64,000 bases of DNA from the human T2T-CHM13v2.0 reference genome, Homo sapiens. Below the pieces are notes generated by a model that had not been told where the DNA came from, ran no database searches, and saw nothing but the letters and a program-made list of their open reading frames with translations. Below, piece after piece: positions 25,531 through 43,199 of the stretch; the first letter of the stretch is position 1, and the number at the start of each line of letters is the position of its first letter. The stretch lies in NCBI RefSeq assembly GCF_009914755.1, contig NC_060931.1; one strand, written 5' to 3'. The position numbers and the translations under genes were made by a program.

Positions 25531-26916
25531 TAGTGGCTCTCAATGTAGTCCACAGATCCCTAGGGGGCCCCCAGACCCTTTCCAGTGATCTGCCAGGTGA
25601 AAAACATTTTCATAGCAATATTAAAATTGTATGTGCCTCTTCCATTGTGTTGACATTTGCACTTATGGTAAAAAAAAATAAGAAAAAGAAAAAGCAACAA
25701 TGGTAAAATCACTGATATTTTACAATGAGGCAGACAGTGGTGCCGAACTACACTAGTAGTCATCATATTCCTCACTGCTACACACTTGCAATGGAAAAAA
25801 TAAAAAATTGCTAGTTTCACTTAAGAATGGCCAAGATAAAGAAGTAAAATTTATTGATTAAAACCTTGATGTGTGAGTAAAAAAACAGTGAAATGTAAAA
25901 CTAAAGCACTTCTGTTCCAGACCAAAGCATGACGCTTGACTCAGGAGGGGTGGGGGAGCATTTATATGATTGAGTTGTGATCTGAATTAGCCATCTTTTT
26001 AATGGCATGTTTTTTCTTGAAGAAACGACTGACATATAAACCATGGTTATTAAGACTTGGGTGTTTGGAAGATTTTTCTTAAAAATGAATAAACTTAAAC
26101 TATTAGCTCAAGAAAAACTGACAGAATTTTCTGCCAATGATAAAATTTGGGCCTTCGTATAAAAATATTTTGGAAAACTTGCATACTCCTCAAATCAAGT
26201 CCAGGTTTTCTGATCAGAGTTTTCTGATTACACTGGTGGTGATATCAACTAGCGTAATGTTTTGTTATTATACAATAAAATGTTCCAACATTTAAAAGAG
26301 ATACATAACTCAGTGAACCAATATTTTGCAAATATTTCAAAGCTTCTATGATTAAAATATCTATTTAAAGCACAACATAGACCAATGAATTTTAAGTTTA
26401 TTGAACTGTCTCAGAAAACTGAAATTAATCTTTATCAAACAATATTTGTCAGATTTTGGTGTAATACCAAAGATTATCTGAAAATGTTATGAAAATACTC
26501 TTATGTTACAACTAGATATGTGTCAGACCAGATTTCTTTACATTCCTCACCCAGAACTTAACATGGCAACAGATTGAATGCAGTGGAAGATATAAGAATG
26601 CAAGCTGTCTTCTAGTAATCCAGACATTAAAGGGATTTTTAAAATTGTCAAACAATATCACTCTTCTCACAATTTTTTATTCTTTTGCAATGGCTATTTT
26701 TCATTAAAATATGTTATTTATTAACATGTAATTGATTTATTATTATTTTTAGAATGTAACTTATTATTTTAAAATGAATCAAACACATTTTAAATGTTTC
26801 TCACTTTTAATATCTGAGATAAATAATCAATGATAATGCACACAAGAGCTTCCTGGAATCCTTAATAATTTTTAAGTGTAAAGGTTTGCTAGGACCAAAA
26901 TGTTTGAGAACTGCCG
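25531..26916 (+). mobile_element. Charlie1a hAT DNA transposon (internally deleted) with perfect 8-bp TSD ATTTAGAA
   Basis: Termini tagtggctctcaa...tttgagaactgccg; ATTTAGAA at 25523-25530 and 26917-26924; decayed hAT transposase remnants on + (aaagcacttctg..., atggttattaagacttggg). Confidence 0.9.
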
Positions 26917-28314
26917 ATTTAGAATTTATATGTTAGGATTCTCTACAATTTAATAGAAAAAAAAGATCATTTCTCTGGCAATGCTATTTTTCATTCTGTT
27001 GAGTTTGATTCTTATCTGTATAGATTCAATGATCTTCATGTCATTTATTCAACATTTTTCAGTCCTTGCTATACGCCAGATATAGTGGAAGAAACCAGGA
27101 CACAGTTTCTGTTGTCAGGGTACTTACAATTTCCATTGTTATTCATATTAAGACATAGTCATATATTATATTATATTATATTATACTTGTTTCTCTTCTG
27201 TGTGTGTGTGACGTGTGTGTCTGCATCTGTGTGTATATGTCCAACTGCTTCCTAAATATCTTCACTTGAATATTCCACAGAGAGCTCTCATAGGTCCAAA
27301 ACTAAAATTATTCAATCGCATCTGCTCAATTAATGAAAATGTATTACCTTGTACTTTGCTTTTGGGTTTTTTTCCCCCTAATATTAACACTAGGCATAAA
27401 ATGTGAATAGTTTGTCTTTTTCTTTTGTGATGATAAATCACAGCTGTGAAGCTTCATTCTTTTCCATTCTGTTCCACGGTACAACCTCTGCTTGTAAACA
27501 TATTCTCCCTAAGTCATGCTTATTGAATTTCTTCTTGCACACTGGATTTTCACAAGATTATTCCTCTTACCTTGTGTTTCTCTCCTTCCGAATATTAAAT
27601 ACCACCCTCACAATAAAAAGCTATTTAGAATTACGTGTACCTGTATTCCATTTATGGCATCTCTATAATTCATAAGCAACTCAGATATATAATAAATTTA
27701 TATGTACAATAGATATATAACAAATTTATATCTTCTGAAAATTCTCTTTTGATTTGGATATATTTATTTGCCCTAAAGAAAGGTAAGAGAATACTGCTTA
27801 TTAAAGTCACAAAGGGGCCATTATAAAATATTACAACTAGAGTTTTAATGTGATGATTTAAAACAAATGAAGTACATTCATTTTTTCAGCTCACCAGGGA
27901 AAATATCAAAATAAAAATTTAGAAGATTCATATGTATTTAAATATCACATTTCCTGTGAATTAGACAAAAATTATACAAATAAACCTTCAATGTATGGCC
28001 ATGGCAATGGAGACATTTCTGTGTTATGCCATAGTACTCATATTACTGAAATTATATTCATAAACTACATGAGTCATTGTATGTTCCCTAACATTACAAA
28101 TCTTTAATAGTGGAAGACTCTAAATTTATGAATAACCAGGAAATTCATCCATGGTTATCTAGAATATAGAAATGAAATTTTCTGATTCAGATATTATTAT
28201 TGCTTTATTGAGACCACCATCATAACAGTACCCTAAAAGTTAAAAATTTTTATAATTAGTAACAAAAAGCAAAATTTAAACTTTTTAAATTTAATTTTTA
28301 GATAGTATTAAAAC

Positions 28315-29357
28315 GCATTCACCAGTTTTACACATTTATGTTACCTGTTTGACTAGTCCCTCTAAGAACATCAAATTCCCTGGTTTTGATAATTTGTAAT
28401 CAAGACCAAACAATCCATTTGATGATGACTTACTAGAATATAAGCCTAGTAACACATCAAGAAACTACAATGACTCCCTTTTGCCTACACTACCAAATTT
28501 AAATTATTCTATTTGGTTTTAATTAAATATTAAATTTAAATTTTTAGATATTTAAATATCTAAAATTGCTCAATAAAGCGCGAAATGTCTTGATAACAAT
28601 GATCTTTCATACAAGGAATATGCAATATAAATTATACTTCAATTTTTCAGTTTCATACTTCTATGTAGTTTATAATGACTGAATATAAAAGAAAGAACAC
28701 AGTAAACCACTGTGTAGTTACTGTGTTGTTAATGGTTTCATGCTAATATGTTTTGCTTATTATATTTAAATGTATGTATCTTAACTCCTAATTGAAATAT
28801 ATTTTTTTCATGTTTAGGGCAAAGCGTTAGTCAAATGTATCATTGGTGCCCTCCCAACACTATATTACACTATTTTCAACATAACATATATTCAGTACCA
28901 TTAAATGTCAAATCACACTTCAATTTACCTTGGAATGCCTGGTTACAAGAGGATAGCCGTATACATAGACGTTACTTTCTCAAAGACAGACTACTTGTCT
29001 GTAGTTTGCTATTACTGTTTCATGCTTCATAACTTCAACTACAAAAATATTTTGTTGGACAAAAAAACCACATTTACATTTGATTTTCAGGCATTTAAAG
29101 GTATGCATTCCTAGCCACTTGCCCTATTATGCTCTGTGGTCATGCATTCTGCCAGTTTTACACATTCATGTTACCTGTTTGACTAGTCCCTCTAAGAAGA
29201 TCAAATTCCCTGGTTTGGATAAAGATTTTATAATCAAGACCAAACAATCCATTTGATGGTGACTTACTAGAATATAAGCCTAGTAACACATCAAGAAACT
29301 ACAATGACTCTCTTTTGCCTACACTATCAAATCTAAATTATTCTATTTGGTTTTAAT
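28315..29357 (+). repeat. Local direct duplication of about 210 bp: 28315-28523 and 29144-29357
   Basis: Manual alignment gives about 9 substitutions and 2 small indels (about 95%). Confidence 0.95.
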
Positions 29358-29819
29358 ACTATTCATATTCTGATGCTAACATATTAACCAACCTTATTCT
29401 CATTACTAACAAAAATATATACAGTATTCACTGTATTTTCTTTATGCTTACCTTTCTCAGGATGCTAATAATATTCTTCCTATTTTCTCCACTTTCATAA
29501 ATACTATGGATACTTTTTCTTTCAGTTTTGCTTTGAGTAATAAAACCATACAAATACAACTGAAGAATTATAAATTTTCCTTCAGTCCAATTCTTCTCCA
29601 TCGCCTCCTTGCTTTCCAGAGATAAACACTACCTCGGTATTTATTATTCCTGTGTATATTTGTATTCACTTTGCATATAAGTTTCTATCTACAAAAACAT
29701 ATAGTATGTATTAATGTTCATATATTTTATATTATTTTATTGTGTCATATTATCACACTATTCTACAACTAGCTTATATCACTCATGTTTTCTAGATTTA
29801 CCTATATTGGTACATCATA

Positions 29820-32270
<2,451 letters not shown>

Positions 32271-32699
32271 AAAATAATGGGCTGGAAAGAACCTTAATGT
32301 CCACTCCTCAGCCTCAAAAAAGTCATGAATGTTAATATCCAAGCCTCAAATATGACTGTAATAAACTTTCAAAAGATTTACCTTGACTTCATATTTGTTT
32401 TAGCCACTGTCTTCCAATTCTTTAAAACGACTCTTTTTTTGGCTTTTGCTCCTCAGTTCCTGTTTTCACTTTTCTTCACATAATCTCACACTTAGAGAGA
32501 ACTAGTCTGACTCTATTAGTCCCAGTGTTCTGTCTAAATTATAAAGGTTCTTTGCTTTCTCTTTTAGACACATATTTTTTTCACTAATAAGTTTTCCCCT
32601 GCTTCTACAAAAACAGTTATCATTAGAGGTGGTATACCTTAATTACCATAGTAATTACCTTAATCACCCTGTAATTAGGACTACAACTAAGGGTGAAGT

Positions 32700-32892
32700 G
32701 ATTCTTCATAGTCACAAATCCTGGCTTCACCACTTAACTTGTATGGGTACTAGATGTATGCTTCAGTTTCCTCATCTGCAGAAATAAGGATAAAAATTAT
32801 CCCTACTTTATATTATTTTGAGGATTAAATAATATAGAAATAATGCCTAGAAATCTACCTGACACATCATAAGGACTCAATAAATGTTAGCA
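32700..32892 (+). mobile_element. MIR
   Basis: cttcagtttcctcatctgcagaaataagga...gaggattaaat...ctcaataaatgttagc. Confidence 0.8.
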
Positions 32893-33916
32893 CTTGTATC
32901 AGTCTCACATTTTCCATTGGAAATTCCAGAAAGAATGAAAGAAAACCAATGTGACTAAATAAGGCCACAAAATGAGATTTTAAATCTAGGAATTTTACTT
33001 AACATCAATAGTCAACAGAAGAGTCATTTTCTGTGCCTCTTTTTTGTATGGCTTCTTTTTTGAAAAAAAAGAAAATATTGTTGCATTCTTAAGTTTCTGC
33101 TCTGTATTACAATGGAGAGAACAATTTAAACATTATTTCTTAGAAGGATATTTCTTATACCTATTACTACCTTTTCTATTGTGTGTGTGTTTGCCTTGTG
33201 CATGTTATGTATGTACATGTAGTTAAATTTACCTTGTCTTAAAGTTAATTTGGGGCTCTTCAGAGGACTTGCATTAATTGGAGCTGTGTAAGCAACTTGC
33301 ATTATTTAGACAGAAAAACTAGGAATACCCAAGTCCTTCCTTGGCTTAGCCAATCCTCCTCCTGTGGAGGTCTCCAAGGAAACATACACACAAAAGAGGC
33401 AAAGGAAGGCACCATTGCACTTTATTACTAGCTATGACTTTGGCCTGAAACTCCATAGTGAAAATTCATAAACTAGAACAGACAATAGGGAGGGCTCCTT
33501 GCCCCTATTTCAGTTAGAAAAGTGACTCAGTTATATAAGCAGGGCCTAATTTTGAGTTGAACTGGACCAATCTGCCCCAGGCCTTCTCAGGCCAGAAGAG
33601 TGATCTTTGGTCAGCCACTGTATGTGAGAAAGCACATCCTTAGAAGAAAAGCTAGGAGGCCTGAACTGCTTAGAGAGAGCATCTCACTACCTCATTATCA
33701 CTGGTCCTTTAGGGAATCCTCCAACAAGAGCCTTGCTCACTTGTTTTTAGCCAGGTGATGACTCCACCCAGCAGCAAAGAGTTAAACCTCAAATCTAACC
33801 CATCCAATTCAACCTCTTCCTCCTTGCATGGAGTGGGAGGAATTCAATGATGAGATCAAGTGGAGAGCATTTACTTTCCATTAAAAGCTTACAGCAGTCA
33901 TTAAAATGGCTATATT

Positions 33917-34082
33917 GGTGGTCACAGTGGCATGTGCCTGTATTCTCAGTTACTCAGAAGGCTGAGGCAGAAGAATCACATGAAGTCTTGAGTTCAAGGC
34001 AGTAGTGCACTATAGTATGCCTGTGAAAAGCCACCACACTCCAGTCTGGTCAACAAAGCAAGACCAAGTCTCTAAAAAAAAA
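33917..34082 (+). mobile_element. FAM (fossil Alu monomer)
   Basis: Single monomer retaining the 7SL-like gcctgtgaaaagccac segment; A-tail; TSD-like aaaatggctat (33903) / aaaatgactat (34079). Confidence 0.8.
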
Positions 34083-34549
34083 TGACTATGAAAATTAATT
34101 AACATTTGACTAGTTGTTATCCGATGTAGTTTGCTATGCTATACTTTCCAGAAGCTTCAATTAAAATCTAGGAGGTATTTGCAAGACAAAATATTTTCAG
34201 TGTTCAGTAGTGTCATGTTCACAGTGTGAACTTCAAGGAAACACTTTAAAAATCAGTACTTCCTAACTACAGTAGGGTATAGTACAGACTCATGTAGAAG
34301 ACATGCCTGGACCCTAAACACTGTGAGAATAGCCATAAGGATTTCCATGGGTTTCTACAAAGTGTTTACTAGATGATGTGTCATTTTAACTCTAAAGAGC
34401 AAATCATACTTTGAGAACTTCAGGAAATAATATACTTTTTAGCACAAAGGGCTCTGACTCCCATGACAGAAGAGAATTTACTATGATGGTTACACAAATC
34501 TCTTTTCTGTCTAAAAGTTTTTGTACCAGCTTTTCCTAGGCTCTTATCC

Positions 34550-34810
34550 TTCTCACAAATCAGGACTCAGTTCAAATATCTCTATCTTGGTGACACTTTC
34601 CTTGACTTCCCTACCTAATTAGTCCCACTCTCCTCCTCTGACAATATCCTGTTTCTGCATGGAAATACTTTACATTTTGTAGTTGCTTGTTAAGTATATG
34701 TGTTACTAAACTGCATCCTCCTGAGGACAGGGATTGTGGTTTGCTCATTCAGCTCCTAACAATGCCTAGTATACAGTAAGCACTGATTAATAATCTGTTC
34801 AATGACTAGC
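34550..34810 (+). mobile_element. L2 3' end
   Basis: ctcctgaggacagggattgtg...aacaatgcctagtatacagtaagcact...tctgttcaatga. Confidence 0.7.
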
Positions 34811-35134
34811 TTGAGGAATGGATGCAGATTTAGCAATTTTAATTGGCTATCTTCAGAGCAATGTCCTCTTTTAGCTCCTTTGATACTTGGAGTATTGAAC
34901 ATAGAATTGAAAATTTTGGATCTAGTCCCAATTCCTTGACTATCTGTGAGTCTTAAATATAGTGAAGCATATATCTAGTTCACCTACCTAGTTAAGTGGT
35001 AGAGCCAGGATTTGAGACCTTGAAGAATTACTTAGTCTATATTTAAATTTTATATATATATGTCTGTTGTCAAATGGCATAATAACACTCTTAGTTGCTC
35101 TACTACACAGGACAATTAGGGCTAATGACAGAAT

Positions 35135-35262
35135 ATACGCACGCACACACAGGCATATATATATATAGATAGATAGACACACGTATATACGTATATATAC
35201 ACACACATATATACACACATATATGTACACACAAATGTATATACACACATACACACACATAT
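35135..35262. repeat. Compound (TA)/(CA) simple repeat
   Basis: Direct reading. Confidence 0.9.
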
Positions 35263-37929
35263 TAAAACTAAAAGCATTAAGATTTCTGAAATTTTTATTG
35301 TAATTTGAAAAAATTCAAGATGATTAACAGTTAAAATGATTTAATATGGTTAAATTTTAAATTTATCATCAAAGAAATTTTCCACTGAGTATTGAAATAA
35401 GAAAACCTGAGGTACTTATTAGGAGCTTATCATCTTTATATATATACATACATTAGTTTGAATATAAATCCCAAATGATGAGATTATTTTCCACCTCAAA
35501 TACTGAAAGAATGTTTATTATTCAAACATGGGATAGGGAAAAAATACAAAATAGGCAGGCAGTTTAAAGCAATTTATTATTTTTCTAAGTGCCATATAGT
35601 GTATTTTATTCTACCCCTCCGAATCTACATTTTAAGTGATCTGAATCCACACTGGAATGCATCAATCTTTATGTATTTGTGATATCATTGCCTTTGCCAG
35701 GAAACTATGCAAAGACTTTTCAATCACGGTGATTAAGTATTCATATTCCCTTGTCTACAAAGAGAAATACTTAAAATCTTAGGGAACCACCGCCGGATAA
35801 TGATATGGCATTTAACAGTTTTTTTTCCTAATTCAAACCAAACATTAGAAATGGATAGGCTAATCAGGTATTATTATTTCAAGGAACGCTTGAAATGCAC
35901 AGGGTTAATTTTTTATGTTAGATTGAATCTGTTGGCATAGTCCCTTGTGTTATCAAATAGAATACCTAAACTTGTATATGTCAATTAAACACCTTTCCCA
36001 TGGGGCCATTCAGAATGCAGTATTTAAAAACCTGCAATAAATCGCTAAAGTTTTAAAATAGCTCATTACATTAATCTGCAACAGTATCATGCCTAAATTA
36101 TGATGCTCTTAAAATGTAGTAAAGAAGATAGATGTTGTCCACAGTACTCTGAGCATATTTGATTCTTGTTCAATTCTTAAGATTAAAAACAATAATAACA
36201 ATATAGGTAGTGAACTGGCTCTGGAAACATTTTCGGTAAATGCCAGCCAAAAGCTAACACAAGCTCAAATGTCATTTGGTTTATCCCAGTCACTGTTCAA
36301 AGATATGAAGCAATTCAAAATCTACTTTTACTCAATATCTCTATGAAGTTAGAAAAATTTATCTTGACATTGGCAAGAAAACATATCCTTTCTTTACATA
36401 TATCATTTTATTCTTTTTATTTATTTCTTCTATTTCTATATAAAGAGAGGTAGCTGTGTGTTTATGTGCACACACTCCATTGTAAACTTAAAAGCTGTTG
36501 TTATTATAAATTCACTTTCTAGTTAGACCTGTGGTAGGACTTAAAGCTATTCAGCTGAAACCATTCTGGAGTTTGCAAAATATGCTATTTTATTTTCATA
36601 AACATTTTGTGTCTGGAGGCTGCTAGAAAATTTATGGACTGGTTATTTTCTGCTTCAGTACCAGTAAAGCACATTGCTATCATGCTCAAAAGCCAAAAGA
36701 TGGTTTCAATAATGCTAAAAAGAAAAAAAAAATCCAACACAAAATGGTGTTTGTTTATTCATATATTAGCATATCATTGTCCAAAGTAGTATCATTTAAA
36801 CTTTGTAGCTCATTTGAAAGGTTCACATAGTGCAAAACTGATGAAGCACATAACCCGTAAAGGTATAAAAAGAAAGTATTATGCATACATTGCAATAAAA
36901 ATCTCATTTTTTTAAACAATATCTGATAGTTTGTGCCTATGCACATAGACTGTTTAAGATGAAAAGAAAAACTTTCTCATTTAAATCTACTAGTTAATTG
37001 CAGTCTTTAACAGTGAAAATGCCTTTCCTCTCCCTCACCCCAAGATAGTTTCTGTGTATAAGAAGTGTCAATTCTCTTTATGGTTTTGGCTGAAGTTTAT
37101 CTAGAAGGATCAGAGAGATATACCCAAGTAATTCTTATTTAAATACTACCTGGAAAAAATGTCTGAAATGTCAGTCAAAAGCTTTTTTTTGCAGACGGCT
37201 GATGTCATTTCAGAATAAATACGGGGACAGAAAAATCAGAAAGCACTTATTTTTAGAAAAAGGAGCAATGTACAATCAAGAACACTGCAGTTTTCTCAAA
37301 TGTCTCTTTAGCACTCTAGAATTTATTGACTCTAGTATGTGTGACAACTCTGACAGCTGTCGTTAACAACTAAGTGAAGAAAAGCAAATGTGTTTTCCTC
37401 CCTGGTAAAATGAAACAATTACATGCTAAGAGAAAGAAAAAGTTGGTAACCTTATACTGATGTTTTTAGTACTTTGGAACTACCCTAGAGAATTAGCTGG
37501 GAGAGTATGATTTTCTTCTTTCTCCTCAGTGCCTAGGACAGAGACTGACGGGATTAGATTATTTTCTGATGGTGTCAATTGAAACTGAAACAGATGTAAG
37601 AATGCTGTTTCCTAGAAGATGAAATATTTCAGGAATTACATTTAATATTCATATGGATTAATCAGGTGCTCAACAGCCAGCCAATAAATCCTATGCAGTA
37701 ATATTTTCCATGGGTAATTCTTCAATTCAACCTTATTAGTTTTTATTTATTTCATCATTTAGACAATATTTATGTTCCTTCAGTCCCAACAATCACAAAA
37801 ATAACAACAACAATGATACATACACACACAATTCTGACTACAAAGAACACTTGACTTCACTTTTCATGACATTTGAACAATTGAGTATGGGCAAAAGTTT
37901 CATCCTCAAATCTCTAAGTGAAAAAAAAG

Positions 37930-38665
37930 GATGGGTTCAACAAATAGTGCTGGAACAACTGGACAACCCCATGCAAAAAAAATATAAATAAATCTAGGCA
38001 CAGACCTTATTCTCTTTAAACAAACAAACTCAAAATGAATCACATAGACCTAAATGTAAAAGGGAAAACTATTAAAACTATTAGACGATAATAACATAGA
38101 AGAAAGTCTAAATCACACTGGGTATGGGGATGCTTTTTAGCTACAGTACCAAAGGCACTATTTATAAGAGAAAGAATTGATAAGCTGGGCTTCATTAAAA
38201 TGAAAAACTTCTGCTCTAGAAAAGATACATTCAAGAGAAGGAGAAGACAAGCCACAGACTGGGAGAAAATATTTGCAAAAGACACAACTGATAAAGGACA
38301 ACTATATCAAAATATACAAAGAGCCCTTAAAACTCAATAATAGTAAGATGAAATGAACTATCAGGCCATAAAAAGACATGGAGGAAACCCAAACGTATAT
38401 CAGTAACTGAAAGAGGCAAATCTGAAAAAGCTATGTACTGTATAATTCCAACTATAAGACATCTGGAAAAGGCAAAACTGTGGAGATAGTTAAAAGATCA
38501 ATGGTTCCCAGAGATGAGGTGGGAAGAAAATATAGATAGGTGGAGGATAGAGGACTTTTAGGTCAGAGAATGAACCTCAACATAGAACTATGGATACTCC
38601 TATACATTCCACTCAATTTTGCTGTGAGATTAAAACTGCTCTACAAAATGAAGTTTATTATTTAA
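37930..38665 (+). mobile_element. L1MC-like fragment with internal deletions
   Basis: ttcaacaaatagtgctggaacaactggac; gacaagccacagactgggagaaaatatttgcaa; tctggaaaaggcaaaactgtggaga; tcaattttgctgtgagattaaaactgctct. Confidence 0.85.
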
Positions 38666-39984
38666 AAGAATGACAATAACAAAACCAAGACGAGAAGGTT
38701 CATGAAGGTAATATTTTCTTTACCAGTTTCAAAAAAATTATGGGTATTGTACTAAAATGTAAACCTTTATAAATTTAAACCTCATTAATAGATATTAAAT
38801 GTTATTTCATAAAATAATTTCTTCAGCTTTAAAAATTAAATATTGAATGTCTAACAAAGTAAATTTAAATAATTGAATCTAACATTAATAGAGACAGATA
38901 ATGGTAGAAATATATTTTATCTTTATTAAAAATTGCTGTGAAATGAAGCCGGACATTTAAAAGTACAGATTATACAATTTTATTTATATAAAGTTTAAAA
39001 GCAAGAACCCCTAGTCTGTGCTATCAAAAGTTAGGAGAGCGACTTCTTGGCGAGGGTGTAATGAGGAATAGAGAACCCAGGAGGATTTTGAGGTGCCAGC
39101 TGAGGATTTGGGGGTTTGTTTTGGTGTTCTGGATTCTGTGTGGGGTGCTTTCAATTTATGAAAATTCACTAAGCTATAGATTTACTGCACTCTTCTGTAT
39201 GTATTTTATACTTTCTCTAAAGTTAACAACAACGAAAAGCCGAACAAGACCTGGGGAAAATTAGAGCTTTCTTAAGCAGGATTGAGTATAAATTGTACTT
39301 GCCAAAATGTTCATTTCTATTTGAATTACTTTTTTAAATAAATAGGGCATATGACTTTTAAGTAGTTCTGTCATGCAGAATCCACTTATCTCTGTTCTGT
39401 GAGCATGGACAACTGAGTCAGCTGGGCAGTGCTACAAGGACTTTTCTCTGATTGAGTTGCGTGTGATCAAAGGGCAACAGTTTAACTCTGCAAAGGAAAG
39501 AGGGTCTCTTTCCCAGGCAACGACTAAGTTTCTGAAGAGACTCTTAAGCTAGGAGGTGTATTATATTCTAGTACACATTCCCTGAACACCTTTTCAACCA
39601 ACAACCTCCACCTTCTTATCTATCCTATCCTTTTACTTGAGGCCAGATATATTCATATAGGTTTTAGGTCATTTTACTCCCATATCTTACCCTAAGGTTC
39701 TAATAAGAAATCAAGGGTTCAGGAGGTGACTGCAAGAGAAAAAAGAAAGGGCAAACTAAAAAGTCTAAACCTTTTGGGAATAGATGAATAACACCTTGAA
39801 GAAATAAGAAATTAAATTCAGATAGCACAATATTACTGATTACAGGAGATTTATCAGATGCTTTGAAATCTAAGGCATGTAAAGGAATTTGTGTGGATGG
39901 GCATGTATTTGGTGAGTTTTTATGTGTGTATGCTTGAAATTCAGTAAATATATACTGAGGGTTTATTGTCAGGAGCAGAAAAAA

Positions 39985-40240
39985 ATAATAGTTACCATTT
40001 ATTGCATATTTACACTGTGCCAGGCATCGTGTTAAGTTCTTAAGCACGAATTATCTCATTAAATGCTCACAATAAAGCTATGAGCTAGGTATTATTATTT
40101 TTTCCATCCAAAGATGAGGCCATAAAGGCTTATAAAATATAAATAACTTATCCAAGATCTTACAACATTAGTAGAAGAGCTAGGATATGAGCTCATGTCT
40201 GTCTCTGAAAAGTTCACGATCCTAGCCTCTTACCACTCTC
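39985..40240 (-). mobile_element. MIR
   Basis: taatagttaccatttattgcatatttacactgtgccaggcatcgtgttaag...aaataacttatccaagat. Confidence 0.85.
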
Positions 40241-40616
40241 TCGGTTACTGAGTGATCACAAGGGCAAACAGAGAAATACTGGGGAGAAAGAGGACAAGAG
40301 GAGAGAAAAAGAATTTTAAGATATAAAGGAAGATGAAGTAAAAGAAGTGAGAGAACAGAGAAAAAATACAAATGGCACAGTTTGGGCACACAATAGACAT
40401 TTAATGAATGTTAAATGAATGTTTTTGACATATGCACATTAAATACCATAAATACATACTTACAGATTTTTTAAATTAAAATTGAGTAATTGTTCACTTA
40501 GCTTAGCTAGAGACAAGGTGTTTATATGAGTCAAAAGTTATTTTATAATCATTTTAAACACATCCAAAAGACTGGGAAAATCAAAATCCCTTAAGCATAG
40601 TAATTAGGCACAATAA

Positions 40617-40963
<347 letters not shown>

Positions 40964-42681
40964 CCTGTCCCTCACTTTCAAACTAATTTTGTGTTTAAAC
41001 CTTAATGTAATTATAAAAGTTAACAGATTTAAAGAGAAAAAATAATCAAGTCTCCATTATAATTTTTGAGTAGATTCTTTCTGAAGCAAAATACTGCTAC
41101 TGCTAAGAAAATAATTATCCCTAATAACATGGGCGCAATTCCATTAAATACGTTCCATCAATAAAAAAAGTAATATATAATTTTGAAGAAACAAGAAGAA
41201 ATAATGAAAGAATGAACCCCACCTGGTCCATTCTAGATTCATTAGATGCCCATCTCAGCAGTAAAGTACTTTCCTATTTACCTTAAGAATGTCATAAAAA
41301 CATTCACATTTCTGTTCCTATATCCAAGGACCTGGCACTGCTGAAAATACCCTGTTGGTTGGTGCTGTGGCAGAAGCATCCTTTCCAACTCCTGCCTTGT
41401 TTTCACCTCCCAAACTAATCCTTATATGTAGTACTTTCTAAGTCTGCATCTTTCTAAAGATTCTCAAGTTCTCAGTCCCAACCCACTCATCTCATCATTT
41501 TTGTAAGATGACCCAAGCAGTCTAAATATTCTCCATATATTGTACAGTTTATATATTTTTAAGTATTGTCTATGTATCATCACCTTACATTTAAACTTCA
41601 TAGGAAACCAAAATAGATTAGTATATATATCCTTATCAGCTTTTTTTATAAATGAGGAAACAAAAATGTATAGAGGTTTTGTTGCTTGGCCACTATTACA
41701 AGGTGTTGAATGTTGTAAAGCTAGATTCAAACTGAGTATAAAATTTGTGTTTCTGATCACTAGAAAAAATACAAACTATTAGACATAAACTCCTTCAGAA
41801 ATTTTTCCCACCACCTCAAATCTTCTCTGTTCCTACATCTGTTTCCTCATTTTTCATTCAAGGCTCATTACTGCATCCCAGTTTAGACCCAAGGTCAGCC
41901 CTCAATTATTAAGCCCATGGTACTCCACCTCTCTCCAGGATTTATCATTCATCCTGCTTTTTTTCAAATGTGATGAAGAAGACCAGGAATTACAAAAATA
42001 AAGAATGAGTAAAAGAAGCCCAACACAATGGATGAAGTTGAGTAGGACTCTAGGAAGAGCTAGAGTAAAAACTGATTTGCTTCAAGCTTTTCTTCAATGC
42101 TGGCTCAGTCTTGGCCCACATGTAAGTCCTTATATTTTAAAGGAGAAATAAGAGATTGATAAACCTTGTCCTTCAAAACTATAAAAGAAATCAGACTTTG
42201 AAAACCCCACAGTTTAACACCTCACTCGGTTAGAAAACAGAGGCAGGTAGAATTACAGTGCTAAATTTCATGGTGATTTAATGGGTAAGATTAATACTTT
42301 ACAGCTAGCTTGATGTTTCCTTCATCAGAAACAAAAAAATTACTTGTGAATTGACCTATTCATTTCTAAAAATATTTATAAATTTTTAAAAAGTGAATGT
42401 ATATACAGTAATATTGATTATATAGCGATAAGCAGAGACTTCAAGAATTACATATTTCCAAATTATTAATTTCCTCAATTGTATTTCTAATGAGACAATT
42501 ATTAAAGGATATTATTTTTAGATCAACAGATAATCAATCATATTTGACTTTATTTCATTTACTAGACAAGTAAATTTAATCATAAGGAAATTATGCACCA
42601 TAACTTCAAGAGATGATGTTTTATGTCAATTTTTCCATATAATGAATTTCTGTCTCATTTTCTACTTATAAAAGTAGATGA

Positions 42682-42983
<302 letters not shown>

Positions 42984-43199
42984 AAAAGTAGATGAAATAG
43001 AAAGTAGTGTCAAGTTGATATATCAATAGTATATATACTAAAATACTGAATTATCTCCAGTAATGAGGTTGTCACAAACAGTTATAAAGAGAGATCATTG
43101 GGGAAGTTAAGATACTTCTTTGGTTTCTAGTCAAAGCACAGTACCTAGAACAGAGTCATCATTCAAATAATTCTGTATTTCCTTCCTCTATCTTTGACT

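Noticed and set aside
25531-26916. Charlie1a as a domesticated transposase gene
   Set aside because: Coding remnants contain stops and frameshifts and the element is internally deleted.
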